Shown: positions 27,297 to 40,776 of the stretch, piece by piece
Position numbering within the stretch: the stretch's first letter is position 1
How the letters are laid out: every line of letters starts with the position of its first letter
DNA from: Eledone cirrhosa
Taxonomy: Eukaryota
Direction of reading: 5' to 3'
NCBI GenBank assembly: GCA_964016885.1
Contig: OZ024742.1
Location: 320,788,001 to 320,852,000, forward strand
Length of the DNA stretch: 64,000 nucleotides
The notes under the pieces: generated by a model
Databases searched by the model: none
What the model was told of the DNA's origin: nothing
What the model saw: the letters and a program-made list of their open reading frames with translations, nothing else
Made by a program: the position numbers and the translations under genes

Positions 27297-27748
27297 ATGA
27301 TGTTGAAGAAGCGTTGGCACACAGCAGAAAACGCAGACACCACATGCACACAACAAACGCAGACACCTAAACGAAAACAAGCATAATCACAACAACAAAG
27401 CACACTCACAGAAAACTTCGTGCTAGTAAGAAGAGCCAAAGAAAAACTGACAGCCCTCATAGCACCCAGAAAAAAATCGAGAAGTGGGGTGGGTGGGTGG
27501 GGTGGCACCAGCACATTTAGAATACTAGAAGACCTTATGATAGTACAAATGTCACTGGGTGCCAACAGAAATATTAGGGAGAGCTTTCCATTTGACGTGG
27601 GAATTCTAATGTAAAAGCTACGAGCTGGTTTTTAAAGGGGTTCCAAAAAGAAACCCTACCAAATATGGAAGTGGAACCATCCTGATTTCTGCGAACGCCC
27701 AGAGGGTAAGTAAATGTTTTTTATCTGGATCAATCAGTCAGCCTGGCT

Positions 27749-30040
27749 ATGACAAGAGTGAGTTGCATAAATGTTCGTGGCTTGGGGTCGCCGTGGAAGT
27801 AGAGGCGGTTGCTGAAAGATATGAATGTGACTGCCGTCAGCGAAACCAGAATTTCCGATACATGCGCACTAGCCCCCATTTTTGACGAATATGAGATTTT
27901 CGTATCTCTTAGTCGGGATGGGAGGTGGGATGGCAGTGCTGTTTAGGAAAGGCCTGGATCTCGAGGTGAGGACGATCTTCCGAGACCCGGTCGGTAAGCT
28001 GGTAGTCCTGGATGGGAATAATAGCGAAGGTGGTGCCTTTAGACTGGTGGCCATCTATGCTTCGACCGAGCCGGACGGCTGGATTTCTTTAGACACCTGG
28101 AAGCCTTTCTAGGAACATCTCGCCCTTTACGTTTAGCGGGGGATTGGAACGGCATCTTAGTCGCACGCTGGGATTGTGTGGAAGTAGCTGATAAGAGCGG
28201 AGGATACAAAAGCCTCAAGTACCTGATCAGCCAGTTCCAACTGTCTGACAGGTACCGACTAGATTTCCCGAATGTGCCAATATGGGCCCGAACCAGCCGC
28301 ATAGGGTCATCTAGATCGTATATAGATAGGTTTCTCGTTAGGCCAGCAGATAGAAATAGTATAGGTTGTTCATATTTTCGAACGGTCGTCTATTCAGATC
28401 ACAAATTTGTGACCTGCATAGTTGACCTAGATAGACGATGTGGGCTGGAATCTGGTTACTGGAAGCTTAATGCGTCATCCGCCGCGCGTAAATCCTACAG
28501 AGACCGGGTCACCACTTTAGTTATGTGTAAGTTGACAGGAGTAGTCGTCAACAGCAAGAGGTGGGGTGCTATTAAGTGAGAGATTAGAGTAGTTTCAATA
28601 GGTTTAGTAAACACGTAGCAATAAAAAAAAAAGAAAGTAAGGGGAGCTGGTAGCTAAATAAGATGAGGCGATTAGAAGTGGCATTGAAATTGACATACTA
28701 GCGGCAAGAATGACATTAGACCATTTCTTCATTGCGAAACATGAAGGTTGCATTGTTAAAGCCAGAGCGCGTGTTCTAATAAACGAGGAAACGAAAACTG
28801 TTCGATGTGCCCGAGTGACAGAGGTGCAGCGTGGTAACAAAACCACGATTCAGTCTTTGACGGACGGAGGCAAATGCGTGCTGAACTATTCCAGACAGAT
28901 GTGTGCAACCTTTCGCCAGCACTTTGCTCGGTTTTGGGGTGAGCGAGGGTCCGTAGACTGTGACGGACTTCAGTACCTACTTCGACGGCCTGTCGCAACT
29001 CTCGTCAGCCGATGCTGAGTGTTGCGAAAGGTCGATAACATCAGCTGAAATTCGAGATGCCCTGGTCGGCTGCACCAGGCGGAAGTCACTAGGTTTGAAT
29101 GGTCTGCCTTATGAGTCTTACGTAGACATACCAGATATTTTCTCCATTCTCCTCGAAGCGGTCTACTGCAACAGGCAGCAGAACGGGAGTTATCCCAGTT
29201 CTGTGAGCTGGGGCGTAGTAATGTGATGAAGAAAGACGAGAACAAAATGGACACTTTAGACAATTTCAGGCCCATACCTCTGCTAAACACAGAGATTAAG
29301 ATTTTGGCTAAGGTGTTAGCGAAGTGGTTGGCGCTTGTCGTCGAGGATTTAATATGGAAGGCGCAAATTTGCGCAATCCCAACCAGGTCCATACACGACA
29401 ACCTCCACCTCATTCGATACACCAGAGAGGGTAGGGCTATGATCAATCTAGATCAAACGAAACCTTTTGACAGGTTCGATCATCGATACTCGGAGGCTGT
29501 CCTCGAGGCAGCTGGCTTTGGTCCCGTCTTCAGAGGCTGGATCACTGTAACGCATAGCTATAGAGAGAACGGTTACTTTTCGAAACCTTTAACATTATGC
29601 GCCCGGTCCGCCAAGGTTGTCCCCTCACGTCCTTTTTGCATGTATTGACTCTCGAGTCATTGCTACACAAATTGGAGACGTTGAGGGACATTCCGCGCGA
29701 ACTATGATGTGGGAGATCTGTGTCAGCATATGCTGACGAAGTTACCGCAGTGATGTCGAGCACCAAACACGTTAAGATGATCGGCACCGCTCTGAGGGAT
29801 TATGAAGCGGTAATAAGCAACATTTAACCAGGAAAAGTTGGTGGGCCTACAACTCAGAACCTGAAGAGGCAGGTCCATGTCGTCCAACAGCTGGACGGGC
29901 GGACTAGTTAAATTGCTAGGATGGACAAAAACTGCCACGAGGTAACGAGCCGGATGGCCTCTCTCACCCAGAAATAGTGTGAGAGAAAGCTATCCCTGAA
30001 ATGTCGGGCAAAGGTAGCGAACGTGTACATCGCGTCCCTT
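27749..30040 (+). mobile_element. Decayed L1-group (Tx1-like) non-LTR retrotransposon ORF2: APE endonuclease plus reverse transcriptase
   Basis: APE motifs: CINVRGL, SETR, GGMAVLF, VAIYA, AGDWN, IDRFL, SDHK, GYWKLN. RT motifs: NFRPIPLLNTEIKILAKVL, RSIHDNL, LDQTKPFDRFDH, RQGCP, AYADE. Many stops and frameshifts; the ORF breaks off at about 30040. 27297-27748 may be an ORF1 or spacer remnant. Confidence 0.92.
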
Positions 30041-30279
30041 TGTAAATACATCACTGTAAATAATAGTTTAAAAATTTAAGTAAAATACCTCTGGAAACAC
30101 GGCGTCTATGTTTACATTTCTCTCTTTATCTCCAGGGGTTATTTGCCCGATTTTTAAAACTATTAACTATAGTGATCAATTAACTATTTTTATAATTATC
30201 TGCGTTGGGATGACCACGCATTCAAATACGTATGTAAGTATATGTACATACACACACACTCTCCCCATCTCTCTCTTTT

Positions 30280-30470
30280 ATATATATATATATATACATA
30301 TATGTGTGTGTGTATATATGTATATATAGTCACATATATACGTAATATACATACATATATACATACACACACACATACATACACACATACATACATACAT
30401 ACATACATACATACATACATACATACATACATACATACATACATACATACATACATACATACATACACAC
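30280..30470. repeat. Compound microsatellite (TA)n/(CA)n/(TACA)n
   Basis: Read directly. Confidence 0.95.
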
Positions 30471-31154
30471 CAGGGGCGTAATTTTAGCTACTTAAAACAG
30501 GATGTGTTAGAAAAATGTAAACATTGTTTTTTTTGTTATTCTTTAATTTAAATTATATAAGAAGCTAAATTATGTATAATAACTCGAAGATCGCTTTATA
30601 AACACATAATTACATGTTTATGTAACAGTGTTTATTGTTGTTGTTGTCATTGTTGTTATTGTTATTTAGCCCAAGGTCAGCTTTGATTGAGCAATCATTG
30701 TCATCAAAGACATATCAGCCATGAACCAATCTTCGTGTTAAATTGTATATTGAAGACAACAATATCCAATGTGTCTAAAATATTGACAAAGGCATGATTT
30801 ATTGTTAATTAACACTTTTCAAGCCAAACCGTCTTAAACCACCTCTGATTCTATGAAACAAATCCTTGTTTTGAACTGTTTTAATTTAACTAAACACCTT
30901 CCATCATAATTTTAAGTAAGAACCTTTGTTAAGTTATGTTTATAAAGCATCTTAATAAAGAGAAAGTTAAGTCATATTACAAAATCCTTTCAAATTCTTT
31001 ATATTTAAAAAAAATATATTTGAAAATTATAGGCGATATGTTTCATTAGAAATGTGTTAACAGAGAAGTTAGAGTGTATATTATCTAAACATCTTCCATC
31101 ATAATTCTATATATGAACTTTTATGAAGCTGTTTTAAACAGCAGCTTAATAATT

Positions 31155-31337
31155 GTTTCTACTTTTGGCACAAGGCCAGCAATTATCTCAGTGTATTACT
31201 GGTACTTTATTTTATCGACCCCGTAAGGATGAAAGGTAAAATTAACCTCGGCGGGATTTGAACTCAGATCACAAAAGGCCGTAACTCTATGCTGCAAAGC
31301 ATGGCGTACGACTCTCTACCGATACTGCCAATCCACC
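31155..31337 (-). mobile_element. tRNA-derived SINE (Meta-domain-like core) with a 12-bp target-site duplication
   Basis: A-box-like (TGGCAGTATCGG) and B-box-like (GTTCAAATCC) head; core CCTTTCATCCTTACGGGGTCGATAAAAT. CAGCTTAATAAT is repeated on both flanks. Confidence 0.85.
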
Positions 31338-31526
31338 AGCTTAATAATGACGAAGTCAGTTATATTACTAAACTACTTCAAATTCTTGATTATTTTCAAA
31401 ATGTTCTATGTCGTATGTAGTGCCTTTTATTAGAAATATGGCATATATGCTTATTTAAAAAAACCTCCCACTAAAATTTTATATAAAAACATTAATTAAG
31501 TAATGTTTTTAATACCAGTTTAATAA

Positions 31527-31742
31527 TGGTTTCTGACTTAGGTACAAGGCCAACAATTTTGGGGGAGGGGAGTCGATTAAATCTACCCCAGTGCGTTACT
31601 GGTACTTTATTTTATCGACCCCGTAAGGATGAAGCGTAAAGCTAACCTCGGCGGCATTTGACCTCATAATGTAAAGAGATGTAACTCTATGCCACATAGC
31701 ATGTTGTTCAACGCTCTACCAACACTGCCAATTCACCAGCCC
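31527..31742 (-). mobile_element. tRNA-derived SINE, same superfamily
   Basis: Shares CTGGTACTTTATTTTATCGACCCCGTAAGGATGAA...AACCTCGGC with the other copies. Confidence 0.8.
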
Positions 31743-31793
31743 CATAATGTAATAATGGTTCTTCGTTTAAGGATGAGAAGCAAAGTTAACCTC

Positions 31794-31975
31794 GGCAGTA
31801 TCGGTAGAGGGTCGGACGCCATGCTTTGCTGCATAGAGTTACGCCCCTTTATAGTCTAAGTTCAAATCCTGCTGAGGTTAACTTTGCCTTTCATCCTTAT
31901 GGGGTCGATAAAATAAAGTACCAGTAATGCACTGGGATAATTGCTGGCCAGTGCCAAAAGTAGGAACAATTATTA
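31794..31975 (+). mobile_element. tRNA-derived SINE, same family, opposite orientation
   Basis: GGCAGTATCGGTAGAG...GTTCAAATCC...GGGGTCGATAAAATAAAGTACCAG, followed by an (ATT)n tail. Confidence 0.85.
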
Positions 31976-32223
31976 TAGTTATTGTAGTTTTTAGCCCCAG
32001 GTCAGACCTGTTCCAGTTGAACTATGATCAAAGGCATCGCAGCTATGATCATCTTGTCCTACGATCTAAAAACTCTGCCAACTGGCCGCCATAAAAAAGA
32101 TACATTGGTGGCAAATTGACAGTCGTTAACGCGTAGGACAAGATGCCTTGCGGTATTTGTTTAGATGACATCTAATCCCTGGATTCCTTTAGCGGGTTTC
32201 ACTCTGCTGTAAGCATTTAGGCC

Positions 32224-33070
32224 ATGACGACGACGATGACGACGACCGTCAATGCCTCCACTACTACAACAATAGCAGCAGCAGCAGTAGCAGCAGCAGT
32301 AGCAGCAGGAAGAGCAACAACAACCACCGCCATCATCATCATCACCATCAGCACCACCACCACCATAATCACCACCACAATCACCCCCCCCCCCCCCCCC
32401 CCCCTCGACCATATACACACCAGCAACAACAGTAACAGTTGTACTGCCACCGGCAACAACACTCTCACTGCAACCAACAACGACAACACCAACACCACTA
32501 CAACCCCACAACCACCACAGTCACCCCATAACCACTACAGTCGTCCCACCACCACCTCCTCGGTCACCTCACAAACATCACAGTTACACCACCATCCCCA
32601 CACCACCACAGTCCCACCACCACCACCACCACCACCAGTGCTATATTTTATCAAAGTGTAGAACGACAGGAAGTGTTTATTACTTTGATAAACACTTATT
32701 TCGTATAACAATAACAACAGCAAACACATACAAAAACAACAAGAACAGCCACCACCACCACCACCACCACCACAACAACCTCTAACACCACCGCCACCAT
32801 CATCACAACAATAACAACAACAACCACTAATACTACCACTACCACCATCATCACAAGAATAACTAGTACAATCACCACCACCACCATTAGAAAAATAACA
32901 TCAGCTCAACTTTAAAAACAACAACAAAAGCAAATGCCACAACAACAGCGCCAATAACAACAACTTTTCCTACTACGGCAACAAAGACAGTTACCACCGC
33001 CACCACCGCCACCACAACAACAACAACCACAGCAACAACTACCACTACCACTACCACTTCCACCAGCGTA
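32224..33070. repeat. Degenerate trinucleotide low-complexity region (ACC/AAC/AGC/ATC) with a poly-C run
   Basis: Read directly. Confidence 0.9.
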
Positions 33071-33077
33071 AGAATAA

Positions 33078-33292
33078 TGGTTTCTGATTTAGGTACAGCG
33101 CCAACAATTTTGGTGAAAGAGCAAGTCGATTAAATCGAACCAGTACATTACTGGTACTTTATTCTATCGACCCCGTAAGGATGAAAGGCAAAGTTAACCT
33201 CGGCAGCATTTGAACTCAGAACGTAAAGAGCCGTAACTCTTTGCCGCGAAGCATGTTGTCCGACGCTCTACCGATACTGCCAATCCTCCGCC
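33078..33292 (-). mobile_element. tRNA-derived SINE, same superfamily
   Basis: Same core and same tRNA-like head as the other copies. Confidence 0.85.
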
Positions 33293-33380
33293 CTCACCAG
33301 CATAAGAATAATAACATCAACACAACGTTAAAAAAAACAACCATAGCAACAATAACCACAACAATAAACATAGTAATAAC

Positions 33381-33570
33381 TGTTTCTACTTTTTGCAGAA
33401 GGCCAGCAATTATCTCAGTACATTACTGGTACTTTATTTTATCGACCTTCGAAAGGATGAAAGGCAAAGTTAACCTCGGCGGGATTTGAACTCAGATTAT
33501 AAAGGGACGTAACTCCATGCTTCAAAGTATGGTGTCCGACTCTCTACCGATACTGCCAAACCACCGCCCT
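33381..33570 (-). mobile_element. tRNA-derived SINE, same family
   Basis: Same core and same tRNA-like head as the other copies. Confidence 0.85.
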
Positions 33571-33665
33571 CATATTACATATTAGTAATAACGCGCAAAC
33601 GCAACATTCGGTAATTGCTAACATTCCTAGTTGGCCTTGGTTTTTATATATTTTATATATATATA

Positions 33666-33888
33666 CAGGCTATCCCCCAAAAATGTATACACACTTCAAC
33701 AGCCACAACAATGCATTTAAATAAATTTTGCTTTATATGCATTATTTAAATTATGTAAGCATTTTTTAGTGTTTACATACAATTGAATTATGTCTGTAGA
33801 TCATTTTATTTTTGGGAAAGGCTGTGCATTCTAATACATATTGCCTATACAGGTAATCAAAGAGTATATACATTTTTGGGACACTCTG
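33666..33888. mobile_element. Tc1/mariner-type MITE, about 220 bp
   Basis: Imperfect TIRs CAGGCTATCCCCCAAAAATGTATACAC and GTATATACATTTTTGGGACACTCTG, flanked by TA. Confidence 0.7.
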
Positions 33889-33910
33889 TATATATATATC
33901 TATCTATCTA

Positions 33911-33985
<75 letters not shown>

Positions 33986-33986
<1 letters not shown>

Positions 33987-35223
33987 CCGTAGCCAGGTTT
34001 TCTGCCAGGTAATGCCATTCGAATATATGTTAAAACATGGGGATACCAAAACAAAATAAAGAAATATTGTTTAGTAAAATATATATATTATTCCAAACAA
34101 AGACACATTATACAATGAAATGTCAAAAAAATATTTTTCGTGGTTTCTTTAACTACGCATTTGCAAAGTCTTCAAATTTAATTTTTTCACATTCATCCTT
34201 TTCGAAAAAGATGTATGTCAAATTGCATTCTCTGTAATGTGATTGACTTCTTTGTGGTGAATCTATGTGAGCCATAGCAGAAAACAGGCATTCAACTTTT
34301 GACGAACTATAGCCCCATGTTAATACAATTCTGTATAGCATTATTATTGCAGAGGTGGTGGATTGGCAGTATCGGTAGAGGGTCGGACGCCATGCTTTCC
34401 AGCATAGTTACGTCCCTTTACGATCTGAGTTCAAATCCGCCGAGGTTGACTTTGCCTTTCATCCTTACGGGGTCGATAAAATAAAGTACCAGTAATGCAC
34501 TGGGTAATTGCTGGCCTTGTGCCTAAAGTAGAAACAATTATTATTGCAGAGGCGGTGGATTGGCAGTATCGGTAGAGGGTCGGACGCCATGCTTTCCAGC
34601 ATAGTTACGTCCCTTTACAGTCTGAGTTCAAATCCCGCCGAGGTTGACTTTGCCTTTCATCCTTACGGGGTCGATAAAATAAAGTACCAGTAATGCACTG
34701 GATAATTGCTGGCCTTGTGCCTAAAGTAGAAACAATTATTATTGCAGAGGCCGTTGATTGATATTTTGTATGCAGAGCAGTCATAAAATGTATTAAAATA
34801 TATAATTTAAAAACATACCTTTAAACTTTCACGAAATTTTAGTTTCACTTTTACAATACAATTTTAGAAAAAGAATGCAAGTATTTAATAATAGGTAATT
34901 ATATAAAATATGCCCTGTATACATGTGATACCTCATGCAAATATTTAAACAAATAGAAAGATATAAGATGTGTATGTATATTCTCTCTCCTCATATTGGT
35001 ATATGTATATTGTATATATGCTTTGTCCAAAATACAAGTAAAACCGTCTAATATTGTGATATTGTCTTATATAGGCTTATTCTGTGTCATTAATGTTTTA
35101 TTTTGCCTTTACCTGTTGTGTTAATTTTTTGAAAATGAAATCTTGTTTGATGGGGATGCTAAAACTAAATTTGCTTTTGATAGTGGATGCCTGGCATCCC
35201 CTGGCATCCCCTTGGCTATGGGC

Positions 35224-35226
<3 letters not shown>
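33986..35226 (-). mobile_element. Internally deleted hAT transposon remnant carrying a nested SINE dimer
   Basis: Termini CCCGTAGCCAGG and CTTGGCTATGGGCCTG are inverted repeats. The minus-strand peptide LYRIVLTWGYSSSKVECLFSAM..R.....RECNL..IFFEKD resembles the hAT C-terminal dimerisation domain (S...ERxFS). Confidence 0.7.
34356..34734 (+). mobile_element. Head-to-tail SINE dimer (197/198-bp period)
   Basis: Two near-identical SINE copies separated and flanked by three copies of ATTATTATTGCAGAGG (34340, 34537, 34735). Confidence 0.9.
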
Positions 35227-35287
<61 letters not shown>

Positions 35288-35342
35288 TATTATAATGAAA
35301 TGACAGGAGGCTGGATTTTTGTAAATCCTTGAAAGGTTTATT

Positions 35343-35400
35343 ATACTATGATCATTTCAATGACCGGGTTCCGTATGAATCCGGTGATATCATCAGGTAT
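35343..35400 (-). ncRNA. Type I hammerhead ribozyme motif (family A, inverted copy)
   Basis: Exact reverse complement of 36555-36612. Confidence 0.7.
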
Positions 35401-36554
35401 TCGAAATATAATACGTGAATGTAATAGATAAAATCCATGGGGCTGAAAATCGAGGACCCGAGGGCGACCGCTATCTTGCACCCTCTACCTTAGCCGGTCG
35501 CCCTCGAGTGACGTGGCTAAAGCTCACAGTGTGCTACTACCGGTCAGATAAAGGAAAACAGAAAGGTTCAATTTTCTGTCGGACCGTTGGGTGGGTTTTA
35601 ATGGCGGCGCGACCAGCCCCTGAGGCAAGGGCCTACCTTGAGTGCTTGGAAAAATAAATTTCCCCTTCTTTCGGTAAATGAAAATACTCGGAGTGGCTTA
35701 ATTCGCCCCGGGGGCCCGAGGCGCGGCCGGTTTTTAACCGCCACATAGTACCTTTAAATTATAGATCAAATCAGAACTATTAGATATATCAACCTTAAAA
35801 TGTTAAACTGTTTAACTTTAAATTTTCTAATTTCTTTGATATTAATTATTAATTATTAATCTTTGACTTCATCCTATAAGTCTAAACAAAAACGTAACGT
35901 TTCAATCTTCTGCTCACACATTATAACACACTGACCCCCACTATATTCACCTCTGCTAAGATACGGGTCCCTGTGAACATTTTCTCGCGCCACTCCTGGC
36001 CTGACTGTAGTCTGACATTAATATCGACCTTTCTTCCTCTTTCTTTCTATCTTCCCTCTTGTAGCCATCAACCCTTACTCTTCTACTTCTTCCTTTTCTT
36101 CCTTCTTTTCTCCCCTCTTTCTGTCTTCCTCCCGCAGACTTATCTTCCTTCCCCCTTTTTGTTCGCCTATATCTGACCGGTAGTAATTGTTTAGATACGG
36201 GTCCCGTAGAATAAAAAAATTTCTTCGCGACAATCCTGGCCTGACTGTAATACCGACCTTCCTTCCTCTTTCTTTCTGTCTTTCTTCTTATAGCTGACAT
36301 TAACCCTGGCTTCTCTTCTTCTTCCTTCCCCCTTCTTCTCTCTCCTTCCTTTCTTTCTTTCTTTTGTCTTGTAACTTATGTTCCCATCCCTTTCTGTTTT
36401 CCTTTATCTGACCGGTAGTAGCACACTGTGAGCTTTAGCCACGCCACTCGAGGACGACCGGCTAAGGTAGAGGGTGCAAGATAGCGGTCGCCCTCGGGTC
36501 CTCGATTTTCAGCCCCATGGATTTTATCTATTACATTCACGTATTATATTTCGA

Positions 36555-36612
36555 ATACCTGATGATATCACCGGATTCATACGGAACCCGGTCATTGAAA
36601 TGATCATAGTAT
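36555..36612 (+). ncRNA. Type I hammerhead ribozyme motif (family A)
   Basis: ATAC-CTGATGA-[hairpin ACCGGATTC..GAACCCGGT]-GAAA-TGATCA-TA-GTAT. Stem I is ATAC/GTAT, stem III is palindromic, and the predicted AUA cleavage is after 36608. Confidence 0.72.
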
Positions 36613-36803
36613 AATAAACCTTTCAAGGATTTACACAAATCCAGCCTCCTGTCATTTCATTATAATATTTAACTCCGTAATAGCACCACCAACTACAAAA
36701 ACAAAGACGGTTGAACTGCTTTACGTTGAGTACTCTCTATATTATTACATTACGATTGACCATACGGAATAGACCAGCTCTATACAGTGGTGAACCTCAA
36801 ACC

Positions 36804-36878
<75 letters not shown>

Positions 36879-36880
<2 letters not shown>

Positions 36881-37739
36881 GAAAGGTGTCTCCCAAAAGT
36901 AAGGGTACTGATGTTTTCTTTATATTTATATTTATATTATACATAAAATTATAAGTTATTTCCGTCAAAACCCTAACCCTTGGGAAGTCTCACGGTGGTT
37001 TCAACGTTTTTACCATTGATCAGAGCAGTACCGGAAATCATTTTCTCTAAGTGTCCTTTGCTCCTCGCTTACAATTTTTTGTGCGTTTTCCACAATCCCA
37101 AAATGAACTTTCCACTTCGATTTCAACTTTGGGAAAAGGTAGAAATCACACAACACTAGATATGGACTGAAGGGAATATGTGGAAGAGTGGGAATGTTTT
37201 TCTTCGCCAGAAATTCTTTAATTGAAAGGGTTGTGTTTTGGCACTAGTTTTGCACGTATTTTTGGCATGTGCAAAGGTCTGTTAAAATTCTGTGAACTGC
37301 AATTTTATGCAATCATCTTAAGTCTTAATCGGCGATCTTTCACCATCACCGCTCTCACCACTTCCACATTTTGTTCATTTGTTGATGAGATTGGATTTCC
37401 AGAACGAGGTTATTTTTCAACAATTCTCGGCCCTCTTTGGTAGCTTTGTGCTACTTAAAAACCTTACTTCTTGATGGCATTTCCATAAGCTTGTGTTAAA
37501 GATTTAAATATTTCAGTAGCAGACTAGTTGAGTTTCACACAAAATGTGATCGCTTACCGTTGTTCGATATTTTCCTGCATCCCAAACCAAACACGATTGT
37601 ACATAAACAGCAGTAAGTCACGACTGACTCAATCAATCATGTTGAAACAAAAATGTACGTGTAGACAAGGTCATAACCAATACGCCTATATACATCAACG
37701 AGGTGGTGTATTACCATGTTGTACGGAGAAAAATCAGTA
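36879..37739 (-). mobile_element. Decayed mariner transposon with internal deletion
   Basis: Minus-strand remnants: HTH region (SATEIFKSLTQAYG, PRSGNP, DRRL), AKLVPK (WVPR-like) and EFLAKKNIPTLPHIPFSPYLVLCDFYLFPKLK (YSPDLAPCDF-like). Partial TIR match TACTGAT/ATCAGTA. Confidence 0.85.
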
Positions 37740-37749
37740 TATATATATA

Positions 37750-37970
37750 TATAATGAAATTATTGTGTACAGTGCTCAGGTGCACTACAACTCGTCAAAG
37801 GTGCGTGTATAGTACAGAGAATAATGTACAAAAGTCAGGAAAGTGAACAGTGTGTGAGTCATGATATACATGTGTGCGTGTGTATGTGGGGGGAGACATA
37901 AGGTGTAGTGTTGGCGAATTTCAGGAAGCATGGAGGTTTTAAAGGTTGCAGTGTCTTGGCAGCTAACACA
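37750..37970 (-). mobile_element. Probable 3' end of a CR1/L2-like LINE
   Basis: Minus-strand VSCQDTATFKTSML resembles the ORF2 C-terminal FK motif. It is followed by a short UTR with a stem-loop and an ATT/TA tail. Confidence 0.45.
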
Positions 37971-37977
37971 CATATAT

Positions 37978-38062
<85 letters not shown>

Positions 38063-38191
38063 CAAAGGGATATTTAATTTGTTGGTAATTCAACAAATAT
38101 ATTTATAACAGATTCGAAGCACTCGACAGATTTTCTGGAGTATAATATCAAGGATATTAATAAATGGAAACTATGTTTATAAAACCATATT

Positions 38192-38252
38192 TATTCTATT
38201 ATATACATTTCAAGGGTACCAAAACTTTGGTACACTCTCATCAGATAAAATA
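38192..38252 (-). ncRNA. Type I hammerhead ribozyme motif (family B)
   Basis: The minus strand reads TATTTTAT-CTGATGA-GAGTGTACCAAAGTTTTGGTACCCTT-GAAA-TGTATA-TA-ATAGAATA: 8-bp stem I, stem II hairpin GTACCA/TGGTAC, near-palindromic stem III. Confidence 0.78.
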
Positions 38253-38624
38253 CAAAGTTTGTTTTATAAATAGTGACATACCCAGGAATCAGACCTTAAC
38301 GGTTCAAGTTCCGTTAAGGTCTGATTCCTGGGTTTTATGCATAATATAAGTGAATATATGAGAGACGAACACAGATATAAGTATACATGTGTTCCAATTG
38401 CAAAGGACCAAGTTAACTAGGTTGAAAAAAATACTAACTTGATTCAATATGGTTTACCTGACTCGATTTAAAGTAATAAATCAATAAAAATAACAAACCT
38501 ATATCGAGCAAAGTTTGTTATTTTTATTGATTTATTATACAATAATTTAAATGGACTAACTGATTTGGGCTTGGTTGAATGTTAAACGGTGAACATGGTG
38601 GCCAAAATATGATTTATCCAGTGC

Positions 38625-40125
<1,501 letters not shown>

Positions 40126-40128
40126 ATA

Positions 40129-40776
40129 CTGACGACGGAATGCTTCTCTATATTATTCTTCGGAAAATATATTTACTCCATTCCAGAAACTAATTAGTTG
40201 GAAGTGATATTTTAGTAAGTAAGTTAATTTTATAATTTTCTTATTTTACGTCTCTCATATTATTGTTCTGCAACCCCATGCATTGAACCACACTGTTATT
40301 AAGACAAAACCTATATATTTGCTAGCATTGATATGCATCTGGATGTATATATATGTTACTAGATATGAATTCTTTATTATTATCTCCAAATTATTTGTCG
40401 AGCAATATTGGCCAAGACTGCTGCTATGGTAGCAGGCAGGCCGCTGTCTTATTAGCAAACCACTTTCCACTGATTGACCTCGATGTCACGTGTTCGATTC
40501 TTTTTGAATTTGCCACAGACGTAGAGGCAATGATTTTCTCAATGGCTTGGAATTCAGTCCACGCTTCGCTATTTCCTTTCCACTGAATTATTTTTTAATA
40601 AGTTTCCAGTGTCCTCGCTTTGCCTGGAAACTTACATGAGAATAGACTTTCCTGACGACGGAATGCTTTTCAATATTATTCTTCGGAAAATATATTTACT
40701 CCATTCCAGAAACTAATTAGTTGGAAGTGATATTTTAGTAAGTAAGTTAATTTTATAATTTTCTTATTTTACGTCT

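Larger units (their letters stand above)
35283..36806 (+). mobile_element. Penelope-like element end with 284-bp inverted repeats (35283-35566 and 36389-36672), inserted in (TA)n
   Basis: The arms are reverse complements with about 3 mismatches, each contains a hammerhead motif, and (TA)n lies on both flanks. Confidence 0.7.

Noticed and set aside
30470-31075. Possible hAT terminus (CAGGGGCGTA at about 30471) and a TTAA-flanked MITE (about 30809-31070)
   Set aside because: No matching second terminus could be established with confidence.
32224-32661. Thr/Ala/Pro-rich ORF as an exon
   Set aside because: Trinucleotide low-complexity sequence with a poly-C run and no supportable splice structure or domain.
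31155-34734. tRNA genes
   Set aside because: A/B-box heads are present but do not form a full cloverleaf and continue into SINE bodies.
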